From contig NC_045696.1 in the NCBI RefSeq assembly GCF_009834535.1, forward strand, positions 46,192,001-46,256,000: a stretch of DNA of 64,000 nucleotides, given 5' to 3'. This DNA is from Camelus ferus (taxonomy: Eukaryota). This document shows positions 44,027 to 55,363 of this stretch, piece by piece. The position numbers and the translations under genes were made by a program. The notes under the pieces are model-generated. The model saw only the letters and a program-made list of their open reading frames with translations. It was not told the DNA's origin and made no database searches. Positions within the stretch are counted from its first letter, which is position 1. Every line of letters starts with the position of its first letter.

Positions 44027-45520
44027 CTAAACTCTTCTCTTTTTGATACCTAAACCAGAATTCGACCTCAACCTTCCTGACATTATCTGCTTGTGAGAGT
44101 CTAGGGGATCTGGAGTTCCTTCTAAATCACTCTCAGTCATTTGTAGGTTGGTTATAGTTAGCTTTTCACCAGTGCCTGTAGTCTTGACTGTTTTTTTTCC
44201 AAGACTGACAGTAAATTTTTAAACCATATCAAATTATTTTAGGATTTCCTCCTCTGCACTTCCTATTTGGTTAAGCTCAGAGTTTTGTTTTCTCCACTAT
44301 TAACTTAAATATTACTCTAGGTCAAACAGCTTCTCTTAAAAGTTAGCCAGAAACTTTTTACAAATCTATATTCCAGTACTGAATAATGGTCCTATGTGAA
44401 AACAAACTAATCACACAGACTTCTCCCTGCATTGGAAATCCTATGGTCTGTTGCAAGAGATTTGGTAAGTTCAATGCCCGTTAATTCTATCACCTGGAGT
44501 ACATGTCAAGCAATCTTCTATGTACAGAATTTATTTTCACTTCAGTGCTGCATCATAAAGATATCTTTTTGCAGATATTCTAAGGAAAGAATTAGGGATC
44601 CAAATTTACATTAAATTCAACTACTTGTTATCAATGCCAAAAAGCTCGACTGGGAGAGACAATAAAATGAAGAAATACCATGAAGCATCTCTTGGTTCAC
44701 ATATGCTCAAGAAATGACTTCTCTCACAATTCTACAACTCCTTCCACTGCCTGAAAACTTTTAAGATATATTAACCGTAAGAGTTTTCCTGTCTTCAGAA
44801 ATGGCAAGAGGTGAACGAAAAATATATCTCAGGTAACAAAGTCCAGTGTGGGCCCCCACATGTAACAGAAAAATTTCTCCTTCTTTCTCCTTCAGACCAG
44901 GAAATATGGGGTGTGGGCAAGGAAGAGCAAAAAAGATAATTTTCTATGAGAATTGAGAGTGGCGCGAGAGAATAAGAAAATCGAAACGACTTTTTCTTTG
45001 GCATAAGAGATGATTTTATTAAAAACAACAAAAAATAACAAAAGACAGATGACTCACTATCATACCTGAGGGATACTCACATATGCAAATAATACTTGGT
45101 TCTTTTAATCTCCAGAACATGCCTAATCTTCCTTTTTTGGGTTTTTTTTGGGGGGGGGATTATTTTTTATTTGTTTTTGATTTTAAAATTTTTTTGGTCC
45201 AACTAATATATTTTATTTTTTTTTAATTATTACTTTATTTTTTTCTGGGGGGAAGGAGGTAATTAGGTTTATTTATTTACTTTATTTATTTTAATGCAGG
45301 TGCTGCGGACTGAACCCAGGACCTCATCCATGCCAAGAACACACTCTACCACTGAGCTATACTCTCCCCCTGCCTAATCTTCCTTTTGAACTATCATCCT
45401 GCTAAGTAGTGACAGCATTTTAAAATTGTTAATCTACAGTATTTTGATTTTTCTGTTTTACATTATCTCCATTCATTTCAAATGTTCAGTCTACCAGAAT
45501 TTCATTTCCCTATGCAATTT
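44027..45520 (-). pseudogene. Endogenous filovirus-like nucleoprotein (NP) element, degraded and interrupted by a SINE
   Basis: Colinear minus-strand motifs versus Ebola NP (from memory): VKQK..*INNF/VRQR..QVNNL; FRF-10aa-IENYL/FRF-10aa-LEELL; [121 protein letters not shown]..F. Confidence 0.8.
45137..45370 (-). mobile_element. tRNA-derived SINE (camelid Vic-1-like) with 17-bp TSD
   Basis: Minus strand starts GGGGGAGAGTATAGCTCAGTGGTAGAG...GGTTCAGTCC (A/B boxes) with an A-rich tail; TSD TGCCTAATCTTCCTTTT at 45120-45136 and 45371-45387. Confidence 0.9.
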
Positions 45521-45841
45521 TTTTAAATCTCCTTTGGATGACTCAGTTTTTTGTCTTTCAGATGCCTGCTCTTCCCCCTTCTCATCCCTAAAGTGATACC
45601 TAGAATAGAAAATATGGGGAATTGTGTGGCTCATGTAATCTCCAGACAGCAGGGGCAGAAGGTCCTCTGATCCTTGCTTCCATCTCCACAGCAAGATCCT
45701 TTATTTGAGTATCCTCCTGACATTTAAGGATGATGTTGGGATGCTGATGTAAACTCACAGGCTGGTCTATATGGTGGGAAGGGTTCAACATCACTCCTTG
45801 GTTGATTCAGTCCCATCTGTGTCCTCTCTAGTGCTACAGAC

Positions 45842-45844
<3 letters not shown>

Positions 45845-45875
<31 letters not shown>
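45845..45875. repeat. (CA)n microsatellite
   Basis: About 15 perfect CA units. Confidence 0.95.
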
Positions 45876-45877
<2 letters not shown>

Positions 45878-46364
45878 CCTAGCTCTCTCCACCCTATAAC
45901 CCTTTTTCAAGCCACTTCACCCCCTCTTCTATAGCAGCCCCCCTCTGATACAGTGACCTGCTCTCCAGTCAGAGGAATTCTGGGTTCCTCTTCAAGGGGA
46001 TGAGAAAACATCTGATCCCAGCCACAACTGAGAAATTGAGAGTGAGTCAGGAAAGTTAAATTCTGGAATATCTTCAGCCCTCTCAACTTTGTCAAGCTTT
46101 TGAGCGTATTCTGATTCAGTTACTCCCAGTTTTGGTGTGGGATGGTCTGTGAGGCATCTCCTTCCTGAGTTCCACATGTGAAGAAAGGCAAAAGCCTTCA
46201 GGCAGTTGCTGTTTCCTCAACTTCTCTAACACACCACACCTCTGTTGTCTAAGCCAAACCTAGAGAGGGATGATGGGAACTCCTCTACTTCTTTATCTTC
46301 CCTTCCTTCCTCCTTTTCACAATCTCTTGAACCCAGTAAGAGCTTTCCATGTCCTCTGAATCAT

Positions 46365-46745
46365 ATCTTTGTAGTAGCTAGGAGAACACTGACTGCTGTA
46401 ACAAATATGCCTTGTAGTATTCATGGCTTAACATAACAAAAACTTTATATCTCATTTATGTTGTCACAGTTCAATATGTGTGTTCCTGGTCAGGTGCCTT
46501 TCTATGTGGCCATACAGGGACAAAGTTTCTTCCATCATGCAGTTCTGATTTTCTCTTGGTCCTTGAGGAATCCTACCTATGAGATTGCTAAGAAACATCT
46601 AAGGTTGTGGCAATGACACAAATCACTTCCACTGACCAGAACTCAGTAACACAGCTATGCCTAAATCCAAGGGAGGCTGAGAACTGTAATCTAGATATGT
46701 GTCTAGGAGAAAAAGTAAACTGTTGGGGAACAAGTTGCATGGTAT
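46365..46745 (-). mobile_element. Old MLT1 LTR fragment
   Basis: 'gactgctgtaacaaata...catggcttaacataacaaaa', 'ccactgaccagaactcagtaacac...aagggaggctgagaactgtaatct'. Confidence 0.55.
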
Positions 46746-48764
46746 GGGTCACAGGCAAAGGGAAATCTTTTTTTACACTATTAAAGAAACAGTAAATTTT
46801 GAATTTTCTAGGCTAATTTTTTTTATATTCTGAGGGAATTTTTATAATCCTTTTTTCTATAAAGCCTGTTTTTCTAACAAACTGTCTTGCTTAAAGTCTT
46901 GTTTAGAATTTTAGAAGCTGATAGCAATCCTTTTTCTTTGCACTTTTGATGTAATGCATGTAATCCCACACAATAAGCATCCCTTGAAGCAAACGGATAT
47001 TTCCAAGTACACCAAATTATAAAAGATTAAAGCATATTAGTGTTTTGAAAATAGTTTCTTTTACATAAAATTATTATAGCACTGAATGCTGTTTCTGAGA
47101 TTTCCAGATGCCCAAGAAAGCTACAAAATTGAAATTATGCCTAAAAGAGGCCAGCAATCTACTCTAATATGCCGCATTGAGGTCCAAACAGAGACTGAAC
47201 TCCTGAGCTCCTAGGCCAGCTCATTGCTAAACAAATCTATCTTCCTTGTCTACCAATGTTTGGTCTTAGGAAGACTACCCTAACCTCTGACCTCAGACTG
47301 GTCATTGCAGGACTTGCTAAGATTTCAGAATTTATCCCAGAGCCTCTATGGAGAGATAGCATAAGCAGATTTGCTTTTTGAGATTTTGAGAGAACAGGGG
47401 CAGGGAGTCCTATACAGAGTTGATGGCACTGATCCATACAAGAAAATGAGGGTCAGAATTCTATAAATTGAGGGTCAGAATTCTGTAAGTTCAAAAAGAT
47501 CTGAATTAGAAGGTCAATTGGGTATGAGGCTCGGGAAGACTACAAGGATGACTGCCAAATTATCCTGAAATATAGTAGAATAGTGGTGACATTCTTTAAG
47601 ACACAGGAGGAGAAAACTGGGAGTGGGGAAATGTGAGTTCAAAATTGTAGATATTCTGAGTTGAAATGTTTGTGGTACATTAAACAGGAGATGTTCATTG
47701 GGTACCTTGATATGTAGATCTTGAGCTTAGAGAGGGGTCTAAGCTAATGGAACAGATTTGAGAATTTTGCAATGTTGATGGTAGTTATTGTCATGTAAAA
47801 TGAAAAGAGAAGAGCAATGAAAGGGGACCTAAGACACCAACATTATAAAATGTGCAGGAAAAAAGGAGGAGACAAAGCTTTAAGAGAAGCATCCAGAGAT
47901 GTAAGTGAATAGAGGCAGAAAAAAAGAAGAATCAAATGTCATAGAATTATCAAGTAAGATACTTCAATTTAAGAAAGTAAGTAAGAGTAGGGGCTTTGCA
48001 TTGTCCCTGCTTATGGATGTTTGGGACCTTGAGCTAGTTCCAATCAGGTTTTCTATTTCCAGCCTGATCTAAGTCTTCAAGGACCCACTCTTCCTCTATG
48101 GATGAAAACTGGGGGAAAGAGAGATTCATTTACACTGCATAGTTGGGCAGAGGTTGGCTTTGAACAAAGGCTTGGAAAAGGATGTGCGATAACACTCCTG
48201 CTGGACATCACCAGGCAAAATCCTGGCCTGGCCAAGAAAATCCCCACTAGGTTCTAATGGGAAAGGCAACTAGCAGAGTCCCTGCATGGAAGGATACAGA
48301 CTCCAATCTCAGGAAGCCCTTGGGCACTTGACAATACCTCTCACAGGGGCCCTGCTCTGAGGCAGCCATCATTCCTGGCTGGATTAGCCCTTTCAAGTCC
48401 AGCCATCTTCTTTTCATCTCAACTTCTCTGCTCGTTTCTTCAGTCTCTCTCCATCTTCAGTATAGGTTTGGGAGTGTATTTTTCCTTTGGGGACTTAGGG
48501 GAAGGAAGTCTAACTTTCACTTGTGATGTTTCCCCTAGGTACCATAGTTTATGGACCAAAAACAGGAAGGCACTTTTGGTTTCTCTTTCCCACCTTGTAC
48601 ATTCTTCCAATGAGGCAATGAGTTAAAGAAACTAGCTGCTTGAATTGAGGATGGAAGGGGATGTCAACGGAGAAAGGAAAGAAAGAAAAGATTATATCAG
48701 TGCAAAAACATCATTTACTAGTATATAAAATATTAGGTTGACATACATACACACAAAAAGCTAG

Positions 48765-49107
48765 TGCTATGGTCTGAATGTTTGTGTCCCCTCAAAATTC
48801 ATATATCAAAATCCTAACACCCAATATAATAGTGTTAGAAGGTGGGGCCTTTAGAATGAGCTTAGGTCATGTTGTGGAACTCTTACACATGGAGTGGGTG
48901 CTTTTATAAAAGAGATCCCACAGAGCTCCTTAGCACTTTCTACTATGTGAGGATACAAGGAAAAGTTTGCCACCTGGAAGAGGGCCCTCATCCTACCATG
49001 CTGATCTCGGACTTCCAGACTCCAGAACTGTGAACAACACATTTCCGCTGTTTATAAGCCATCTAGTCTGTGGTACTTTGTTATAGGAGCCCAAACAGAC
49101 TAATACA
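48765..49107 (+). mobile_element. MLT1A-type MaLR solo LTR
   Basis: TGCTATGGTCTGAATGTTTGTGTCCCC...GACTAATACA; flanks GCTAG/GCTGG (TSD with one mismatch). Confidence 0.9.
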
Positions 49108-51161
49108 GCTGGACAGTGTTAAAAAGATAACTTTTAGATATAGTGCACTTAGAACACTATTTATCTAAAAAGATAAAACTACAATGGCCAATAGACAGAG
49201 GTGTAAACAGGCCCTCCTCTTCCTTCTAAGGGAGCAATCAAGAGAAACACACATGGGCAATAAGTATTACATTCTTCCTGAGGTCAGTTTTTCCAGGGCC
49301 TAAATCCCCTTCTACCCCAAAAATAAATTTGTTACTTTGGGTTGGACATTGACACTAAGCTTCATGATGCCATTAAGAATCCAAAAGATTCATAAGATAA
49401 TCAAGAGTCAGTTCACAGATGTAAATGTTTTATCAGCCAGTATTGTCCAGTTTCATATTATTAGTTCCAACAAATGTGGCTGTGGGTCAGTCCATTATAC
49501 CTTCCCCCAACCTTTGGTTCAGGTGGAACCACTAGCCAAGCCACAGGCCCACAATTTTAAAGTGACATCTAACACCAATATCTCTAGCTCTGACATCATC
49601 CTCACCATATCCCAGAGTGCTAGATTTCCTCTTGTGAGACAGACAGAGGGGGCTGGGGGTGGGGGGGCGCAGGGAGTGTGATCTAGGTCTTCCTTACATA
49701 TCACTAGCTACGTATGTTTAAAATCTTGCCTTCCTACTTTAATCTTGGGGTTTCGGTCAGTGTTCCTTTTTCCATTGCATTCCTTTATGTTTCAAGAAAA
49801 AAAATCAGGAGTAATAATTTATATCAATGAAAATATTCAAAAATACAGAAATGGGAGGAGCAAATATAATCTTTCTAATATATTTCTCTCAATTAGAAGT
49901 AACTGTGTAATGGTTAGGGGCATTTACTCTGGAGCCAGGCTGTCTGGACTGAACTCACAAGGTCACTGGGTATGTGACTTTGAGCATATCCTTCCCTTGC
50001 CTCAATTTCCTCAATTGAAAAATTCAGAAATAATCCCTGCCTCATACGATTGTTAAAATACTAAAGCTCTTAGGACATTGGCTGCCCCATATTAAGCACT
50101 CAGTAAACATTACCTGCTGACTGTTGTTTTACACACTTCAATTGCAAGCCCATTTTCAGCTTGTTAACTTTACATTATCATTTTCTTTAATGCCCATCAC
50201 CATGTCAAAAAGAATAATCAGTCACAGATAATGATGGTAGAATGAAGTCACAAGAGGTCATAAGGGAGAACTCAAGTTTTTGGTCCACAGTGGCTTAGGC
50301 ACCATGGGAAAATATTATTGGAGAATCTGACCCCTACCCTGACAAGTCACCAGAGGAAAAAACGACTCACATCGTAATCAGTTTAAATATTATTATATTA
50401 TATAGTTAGCCCCAAAATGCTCATGTCAAGTGACTACAGTAAGATATAATTTATCATAATGTAGAATGTATTATGTTAATGAAGATAGGTCATTTAACCA
50501 ATTAATCCTATTAGTTCAGTAATAAATTCATTACAATTTTTAAAAAAGGAATTACTCCGGTATTATCAAAAATCATTTTTTAAAAAAAGTTTTTTGACAA
50601 TGTCAGCTGGGAGTAAAAATGGATTAAACAATTGAGTACAAGGTTAGAGATTATGGTCAAGGTGCTACTGTAATGGAATTTCTTATTATAAATGAAAAAG
50701 AATATACAATTTTTAACACAGAGGAATAACCACTCTGGCACTTAGACCCAAAAGGCTAAAGAGAAATATCCTTAATATTAACCTGACGTGATGACCTCAT
50801 TACGCCTTAGTCAGTTTAATCCTTAGCCATTAGCTGAGAGACAGATTTTTGTACATGAGAGTATTGTTCTCTTTGTGAAAGAGATGCCTTCAGAAACATT
50901 TCAAATAATTTATTATAAAAGCTTTCTGGTGAGGCTGTGGGGCAGTGGTGAGAATGTGGAGGTAGGGAGAATGCTATTTTTAGACTCTAAAATGACTTTT
51001 TGATTCTGAGTATGAACTAACCTGATTTGAACTTAGAATTTCCAGAAGGATTTCTTGCTCAAACAGGACTAACTTCCCTCTTGAGGAATTCTGTGTTTAA
51101 ATAAAAAGATCAAGGCAGTTGTTGGGTGAAGTCAATTAACTACAATAAACAGCAGAAGAGC

Positions 51162-51376
51162 TATATATGTATATGTATGTGTGTGTGTACATATGTGTGA
51201 GTATACATGTACATGTGTGTGTCTGCATGTGTATAGCTGTACTGTGTATAAATGTGTATATAAATGTGTATGTGTATTTGGGTACATGTACATGTAGATG
51301 TTTGCATGTGTATAGGTATATTGTACATGCGTATATTTGCATAATTGTATGTGTGTGTGCGGGTATATGTATGTAT
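51162..51376. repeat. Degenerate (TG/TA)n low-complexity repeat
   Basis: About 215 bp of tatg/tgtg units; produces several spurious H/T/Y-rich ORFs. Confidence 0.9.
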
Positions 51377-51380
51377 TCGC

Positions 51381-51788
51381 TGTGGGAGCCATCCAGACCC
51401 CCCTTTCACAAATCAGGCATATTTTGTCAGCTGTGAAAGAGATTGGTTGCAGACTGCTAACAGCTCAGGTCTCCCTAGCAAGTGCCCTCAGGGAAAGAGA
51501 TGACTCAGTCAAGTTCATGTCCTACGCCCTGGGGGCAGTGCACACTCAGTGACTAATCAACGTGGGTGTACAAAAGCTAGGCCTCTTTGTCTCAGTTTGG
51601 AACAACTATAAAGAACTATCCCAGCTCCAGAGCTTCCTATGATATTCTATTAGCTGAAGCCTTTGCTCTATCTGCACTGCTTCTCTCACTCCCTCATAGG
51701 GGCTGTTCTGGAGCATATGCTCCAGTAAACCTCCTGGACACAAATCTCCAGCTCAGAGTGTGTTTCCTAGAGAACTCAAACTAAGACA
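51381..51788 (+). mobile_element. ERVL LTR (LTR16-like)
   Basis: Starts TGTGGGAGCC, ends 'ctcagagtgtgtttcctagagaactcaaactaagaca'. Confidence 0.7.
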
Positions 51789-53640
51789 CTACCCATTTAT
51801 TATTTAGTATCACTTTTAGCAAAGGGTTAGTTCACTGATTTATAAATGTTGAAAGGAGTTGAAAGTAGGATGAAATCCTGAATTTAGCCAGACTATCTGT
51901 TGATAAAAAATCAGTAAAGAATTAAGATGGTGGTTTCTAACTTTGCAGCCTGGATACCTTGTGTGTTTTCTCTCATGCAGATTTCCAGTCAATTGTCTAA
52001 ATCATTAAAAAAAAAAATGGGGGGACTTTCAATCCAATTATGCCAGCACTCCTTCAACCACCTCCATTACAACCACCACTGCCTTTCAAAGATAGTAGTG
52101 TTGGTGTTGGGTGGTCCTTTGACATTAGAAGGGTTTAAATCAAGACCATGCAGATAATATTGCAAGGAAAAACCATGGAGATAACAAATTAGCATATCTT
52201 TCCAATATAGTAATGGACAATATGTGGTACTTTAGACAAGCAGTGTGTAACAGAGAATTCCAGCAAGATGTAATCAGGGCATGTCAACCACTGAGTATCA
52301 GTAGAGAGAAGTTGCAATTTAGAGATCAAAGCAGGTAGGTAGTTGCATCAAAGAGATTTAGAAGCAACATTGTCATGGAACTGAGGTTCAGATTTAAGTT
52401 CCAACAGTGCATGTGGGAAGGGCCTGGGCTCTTATTGGTGGGAGAATACATATCTAAAAAGGAGTCACCATTTGACTCTCTCCCATATTCCTCAATAGTT
52501 TGGTTTCCTACTACTTCCTCAACATGTATTTATCATAGTAATAATTATCTTTTTCAAAAAATATTCGGCACTTTTAATTTTGGGAGAATATTCTTATGGG
52601 GAGAAACCTGCTTCCATTGCTGCAGATCCAGCTTCTCAGAGGTTAGAACATGGGCATAGGCTGGCAGCCTGAACTCCAAGAAGGCAGAGCCTGGTTGCCA
52701 AAACTCAGGCTCAAATATAAATAGCAAGATTGAATAGATCCTTGGTCCAGTTCTTTTGTCTAAGAATATGATTGATTGGTTGATTTCAGAGTGGGGTGGT
52801 GATTTCTTGAGTGAGGCTGAACCCACAAGGGATCAGGAAATCCCAGCCAGGGACAGAAGAACCATGTGAGGAGAGTGACCCAGGAAAATTATTGCCACAG
52901 GACAGGGACAAGACATGGGATAGACAAGCAATTGTCAAATATTAAGGGGAAAGTGACTATTTGGAGAAAACCACTATTGCAGAAAAACTTTGAAAAAACT
53001 TTTGGGGAGAAACAAACTGTAGGTACAGAAGGAAATGATAATATCTACATTCCACTTATTGCTCGTGAAAAATAACGTTTCCCACAAGCATACAAAGTAG
53101 GCACATCTTCTCTCGTGTATGATTCTCTGAAGGCTTTCCCTTAAAGGTTAAGGTATGTTCTCTACACTTACTCTCCAGCCTAAGGAGAGTTCAGCACAAT
53201 TGTTTTTTCCCCCCATAGTGATCTGATAAAACCAAAAATTCTGCTGAACCTAATAAACATTGGTCTAAATAAATCAAAGAGATTAACTCAGAAGATAATG
53301 ATAATGGTACATTATATGTGTACTTGTGAAAATTTGATCACACATGATCTCACTTGAAGAATTTTGTATACTATTATACACTATTATCATTATTTTATAG
53401 ATGTGAAAATTGAAGCTGTAAGAGACTCCTTGCCAGGAGATATGAGTCATGACAGAAACTGAGATATCTAGACTCCCAGCTCAATTCTCAGTACATCATC
53501 ACATAGAACCTTTCTAAACCTCACATAGAACCTCTCTAACCTGTAACACTTAGACTCGGATACACTGTGAATACTCAATAAATGTTAATTAAAGAAATAT
53601 TCTGTGACTAGCACTGTCTACCTGTGACATGACATTTTCT

Positions 53641-53652
53641 GCCACCTAGTGG
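53641..53652. promoter_or_regulatory. CTCF core motif
   Basis: GCCACCTAGTGG is the reverse complement of CCACTAGGTGGC, matching the CCACYAGRKGGC core. Confidence 0.5.
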
Positions 53653-54512
53653 TTTTCAAGACCTAATAAGCATGTGAAGTTCTCTTTTTGGGGCTCACAT
53701 TCCAATTGTAAACTAAAGAGTTTGGAATAGATAATTTTAAAGATTTCCTTCAGGTATAAAATCTAACATGGTTTTTCTCCAGTAAATGATGCATAAGTCT
53801 TCAGTATCTGGTGGCCTGTAGAGAAAGGTGTGTGTGTACCTGTGTTGGCACAAAGGATTTTCCATATTGATTAGATCCAAAGGGTTGTAACTGATATTCA
53901 TTAAGGGATAACTGATGGTTCAAAACTTGCCTGTATTTCCTTTGTTTATAGGGTTCTTTCCTTCTTTGAATTCTCTCATGTATATTTAGGGGTATACCTA
54001 CTTAACTGATGGCCTCTAGTCCTAAGTAACTGAAGTTTAACTTACATGACTCTATTAGTAATCAATCATTCACGAATACTAATACAAATTGAGACAGAGC
54101 TTAAGGAAACTTACTAAATTATACCTAGATTAGCATTTATAAGCCAATTGTGTAGTAAATTAGCTATTCTCCATAATTATAATTTTTATATATTTATAAA
54201 TATTTATATACACAAATATTTAACATATAAAATGCTTGGTTCACATGGCTTTACCATTTACAGCTTTCTTTCCCATGTGCCTGCAGAGCTTTTTGTGCAA
54301 TATTTATATGACCTTTGAGTCATCCCCACTTACTTCTTTGCCTGTTGAGTGACTCTGAGTGTCATAAAGTCTTTTCTCTGGTATGTTACAAATACAGCAC
54401 ACAAACTTTAGAAATATGCCTATTACCCAAAAGATGCAACTTGATGTTATACAAAGGTTATAAATGGAGACTAATAAGTGACCTCAGTAAGGTATCTAAA
54501 ATTCCAAGATAA

Positions 54513-55363
54513 ATGAGGTATCACCTCATGCCCGCCAGAATGGCCATCATTCAAAAGTCCACAAATGACAAAAGCTTGAGAGGCTGTGGAGAAAAGGGAA
54601 CCCTCCTACGCTGCTGGTGGGAATGCAGTTTGGTGCAGTCACTGTGGAAAACACTTTGGAGATTCCTCAAAAGATTAAAAATAGACTTACCATATGACCC
54701 AGGAATGCTGCTCCTGGGCATATATCCAGAAGGAACCCTACTTCAAAAAGACACCTGCACCCCAATGTTCATAGCAGCACTATTTACAATAGCCAAGACA
54801 TGAAAACAGCCTAAATGTCCATCAACAGATGACTGGATAAAGAAGATGTGGTATATTTACACAATGGAATACTATTCAGCCATAAAAACCAACAACATAA
54901 CGCCATTTGCAGCAACATGGATGTTCCTGGAGAATGTCATTCTAAGTGCAGTAAGCCAGAAAGAGAAAGAAAAATACCATATGAGATCGCTCATACGTGG
55001 AATCTAAAAAAAAAAAAAGGAACATAAATACAAAACAGAAACAGACTCATAAACATAGAATACAAACTTGTGGTTGCCAGGGGGAGAGGGGTGGGAAGGG
55101 ACAGACTGGGAGTTCGAAATTTGTAGATACTGACAGGCATATGTAGAACAGATAAACAAGATTATACTGTATAGCACAGGGAAATATATACAAGATCTTG
55201 TGGTAGCTCACAGTGAAAAAGAGTGTGACAATGAATATATGTATGTTTATGTATAACTGAAAAATTGTGTTCTACACTGGAAATCGACACATTGTAAACT
55301 GACTATAACTTAATAAAAATAAATAAATAAATAAATAAATAATAAAATAAAATAAAGTAAAAT
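54513..55363 (+). mobile_element. Young 5'-truncated L1 (ORF2 C-terminus, 3' UTR, A-rich tail)
   Basis: ORF 54513-54803 is L1 ORF2 C-terminus (MRYHLMPARMAII...TCTPMFIAALFTIAKT); (TAAA)n tail; 15-bp TSD AAAATTCCAA(G/A)ATAA at 54498-54512 and 55364-55378. Confidence 0.95.

Noticed and set aside
44230..44620. Alternative match of the same region to bornavirus N (GSLILSL vs GSFVLSL, ENKTL vs ENPTM) or MIS12
   Set aside because: Only isolated short matches, whereas filovirus NP gives at least 10 colinear motifs over the full interval.
44387..44960. Plus-strand mini exon/intron-like pattern (GTAAGT at ~44465, TTGCAG at ~44574, 63-nt GT-AG interval 44833-44895)
   Set aside because: Products are short and unrecognisable, one intron is too small, and the region is better explained as antisense to the NP-like fossil.
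45124..45135. Minus-strand AAGGAAGATTAG resembling the filovirus gene-start signal GAGGAAGATTAA
   Set aside because: It lies within the SINE TSD, and NP-like coding similarity continues upstream of it (45422-45461), so it cannot be the NP mRNA start.
51132..51552. Several overlapping H/T/Y- or V/C/Y-rich ORFs
   Set aside because: Artefacts of the TG/TA low-complexity repeat.
53498..53541. Two-copy ~22-bp tandem duplication (a similar one at ~47445-47490)
   Set aside because: Simple slippage duplications with no spacers; not CRISPR-like or array-like.
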